Assembly: GCA_002633005.1 (NCBI GenBank)
Contig: NMRA01000022.1
Span: forward strand, 1,365,663-1,429,662
Length of the DNA: 64,000 bases
Direction: 5' to 3'
From: Phoronis australis
Taxonomy: Eukaryota > Animalia > Phoronida
Part shown: positions 63,538 through 64,000 of the stretch, piece by piece
Layout of the letters: the number at the start of each line of letters is the position of its first letter
Position numbering within the stretch: position 1 is the stretch's first letter
Program-made: the position numbers and the translations under genes
Notes under the pieces: model-generated
The model's input: the letters and a program-made list of their open reading frames with translations, nothing else
Told to the model about the DNA's origin: nothing
Database searches by the model: none

Positions 63538-64000
63538 GAATTGTCCGTTTACACCATTAAGACATTTAGGCCTAACTTCTTACGAACTTGGCATTTTTTT
63601 GTAGTTTCATTCCATAAAGATAGATTTCATTTAATTTTGAAAGTAGCATGATCACTATGTCGTGGTATGGTTACAAAAGATTACAAGTCTGGTGTGGTAG
63701 TTGCAAAAATAGGGTATTTACAAAAATAACTCAAATTCTTTTTTTAAAGCTTCATAAATTTACATATCATGTTTGAACAACTTCAAAATGAGCTCTGTCT
63801 AACTCTACAGACATAGTGTATACTAGAGGTACACGTCAAAAAGTAATTCAACAGTTTATTTTTAGTGACAACAGCTCGACCAAGGCTTTGAGTTACCGGC
63901 AGTAATCCAGTGTCCCTCCCTGTGCCGATCGTATCTCTGAATTTTGACCGAGAGAGAAGTTCAGTTGAACGCCAGCCTACGGGTTTATGAATAACAAAAA

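Noticed and set aside
1-64000. Self-cleaving ribozymes (hammerhead CTGATGA...GAAA, HDV-like)
   Set aside because: The CTGATGA hits I inspected (about 5044, 14619, 37436, 45003) lack the required stems and GAAA core. This was a by-eye check, and an Infernal/Rfam scan would be decisive.

Overview
This is animal (invertebrate-like, AT-rich) genomic DNA with assembly gaps at 11880-12070, 17690 and 42448-43317, not a prokaryotic window. I rebuilt three intron-containing genes by hand, all on the minus strand and all with frame-consistent GT-AG junctions. (1) The 5' half of glutamine-dependent asparagine synthetase (ASNS): 7 coding exons from 8040 to 850, continuing off the left edge. (2) A secreted signal peptide + PAN/Apple + fibrinogen-related domain (FReD) gene of 310 aa (23062-18582). 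It has a 25-nt micro-exon, a frameshifted copy of exon 1 just upstream, and a near-identical second copy of its last exon that is probably an allelic assembly duplication. (3) A complete 14-exon CYP3-clan cytochrome P450 of 516 aa (55668-31203). The rest is mostly transposon-derived: a decayed Gypsy element with a tRNA-Ser PBS, a BEL-like solo LTR, a CR1-like LINE remnant, many non-autonomous DNA elements, palindromes and minisatellites. The most notable signals are four. The octamer TACATGTA is enriched about 10-fold and looks like a Tc1/mariner excision footprint, with one copy adding two residues in frame to the FReD exon. Several CA...TG MITEs have 5-bp target duplications. A CYP splice acceptor is triplicated. 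An ATF4-type element plus a CRE lie inside a MITE at the inferred ASNS promoter. I found no convincing wholly new multi-gene system.
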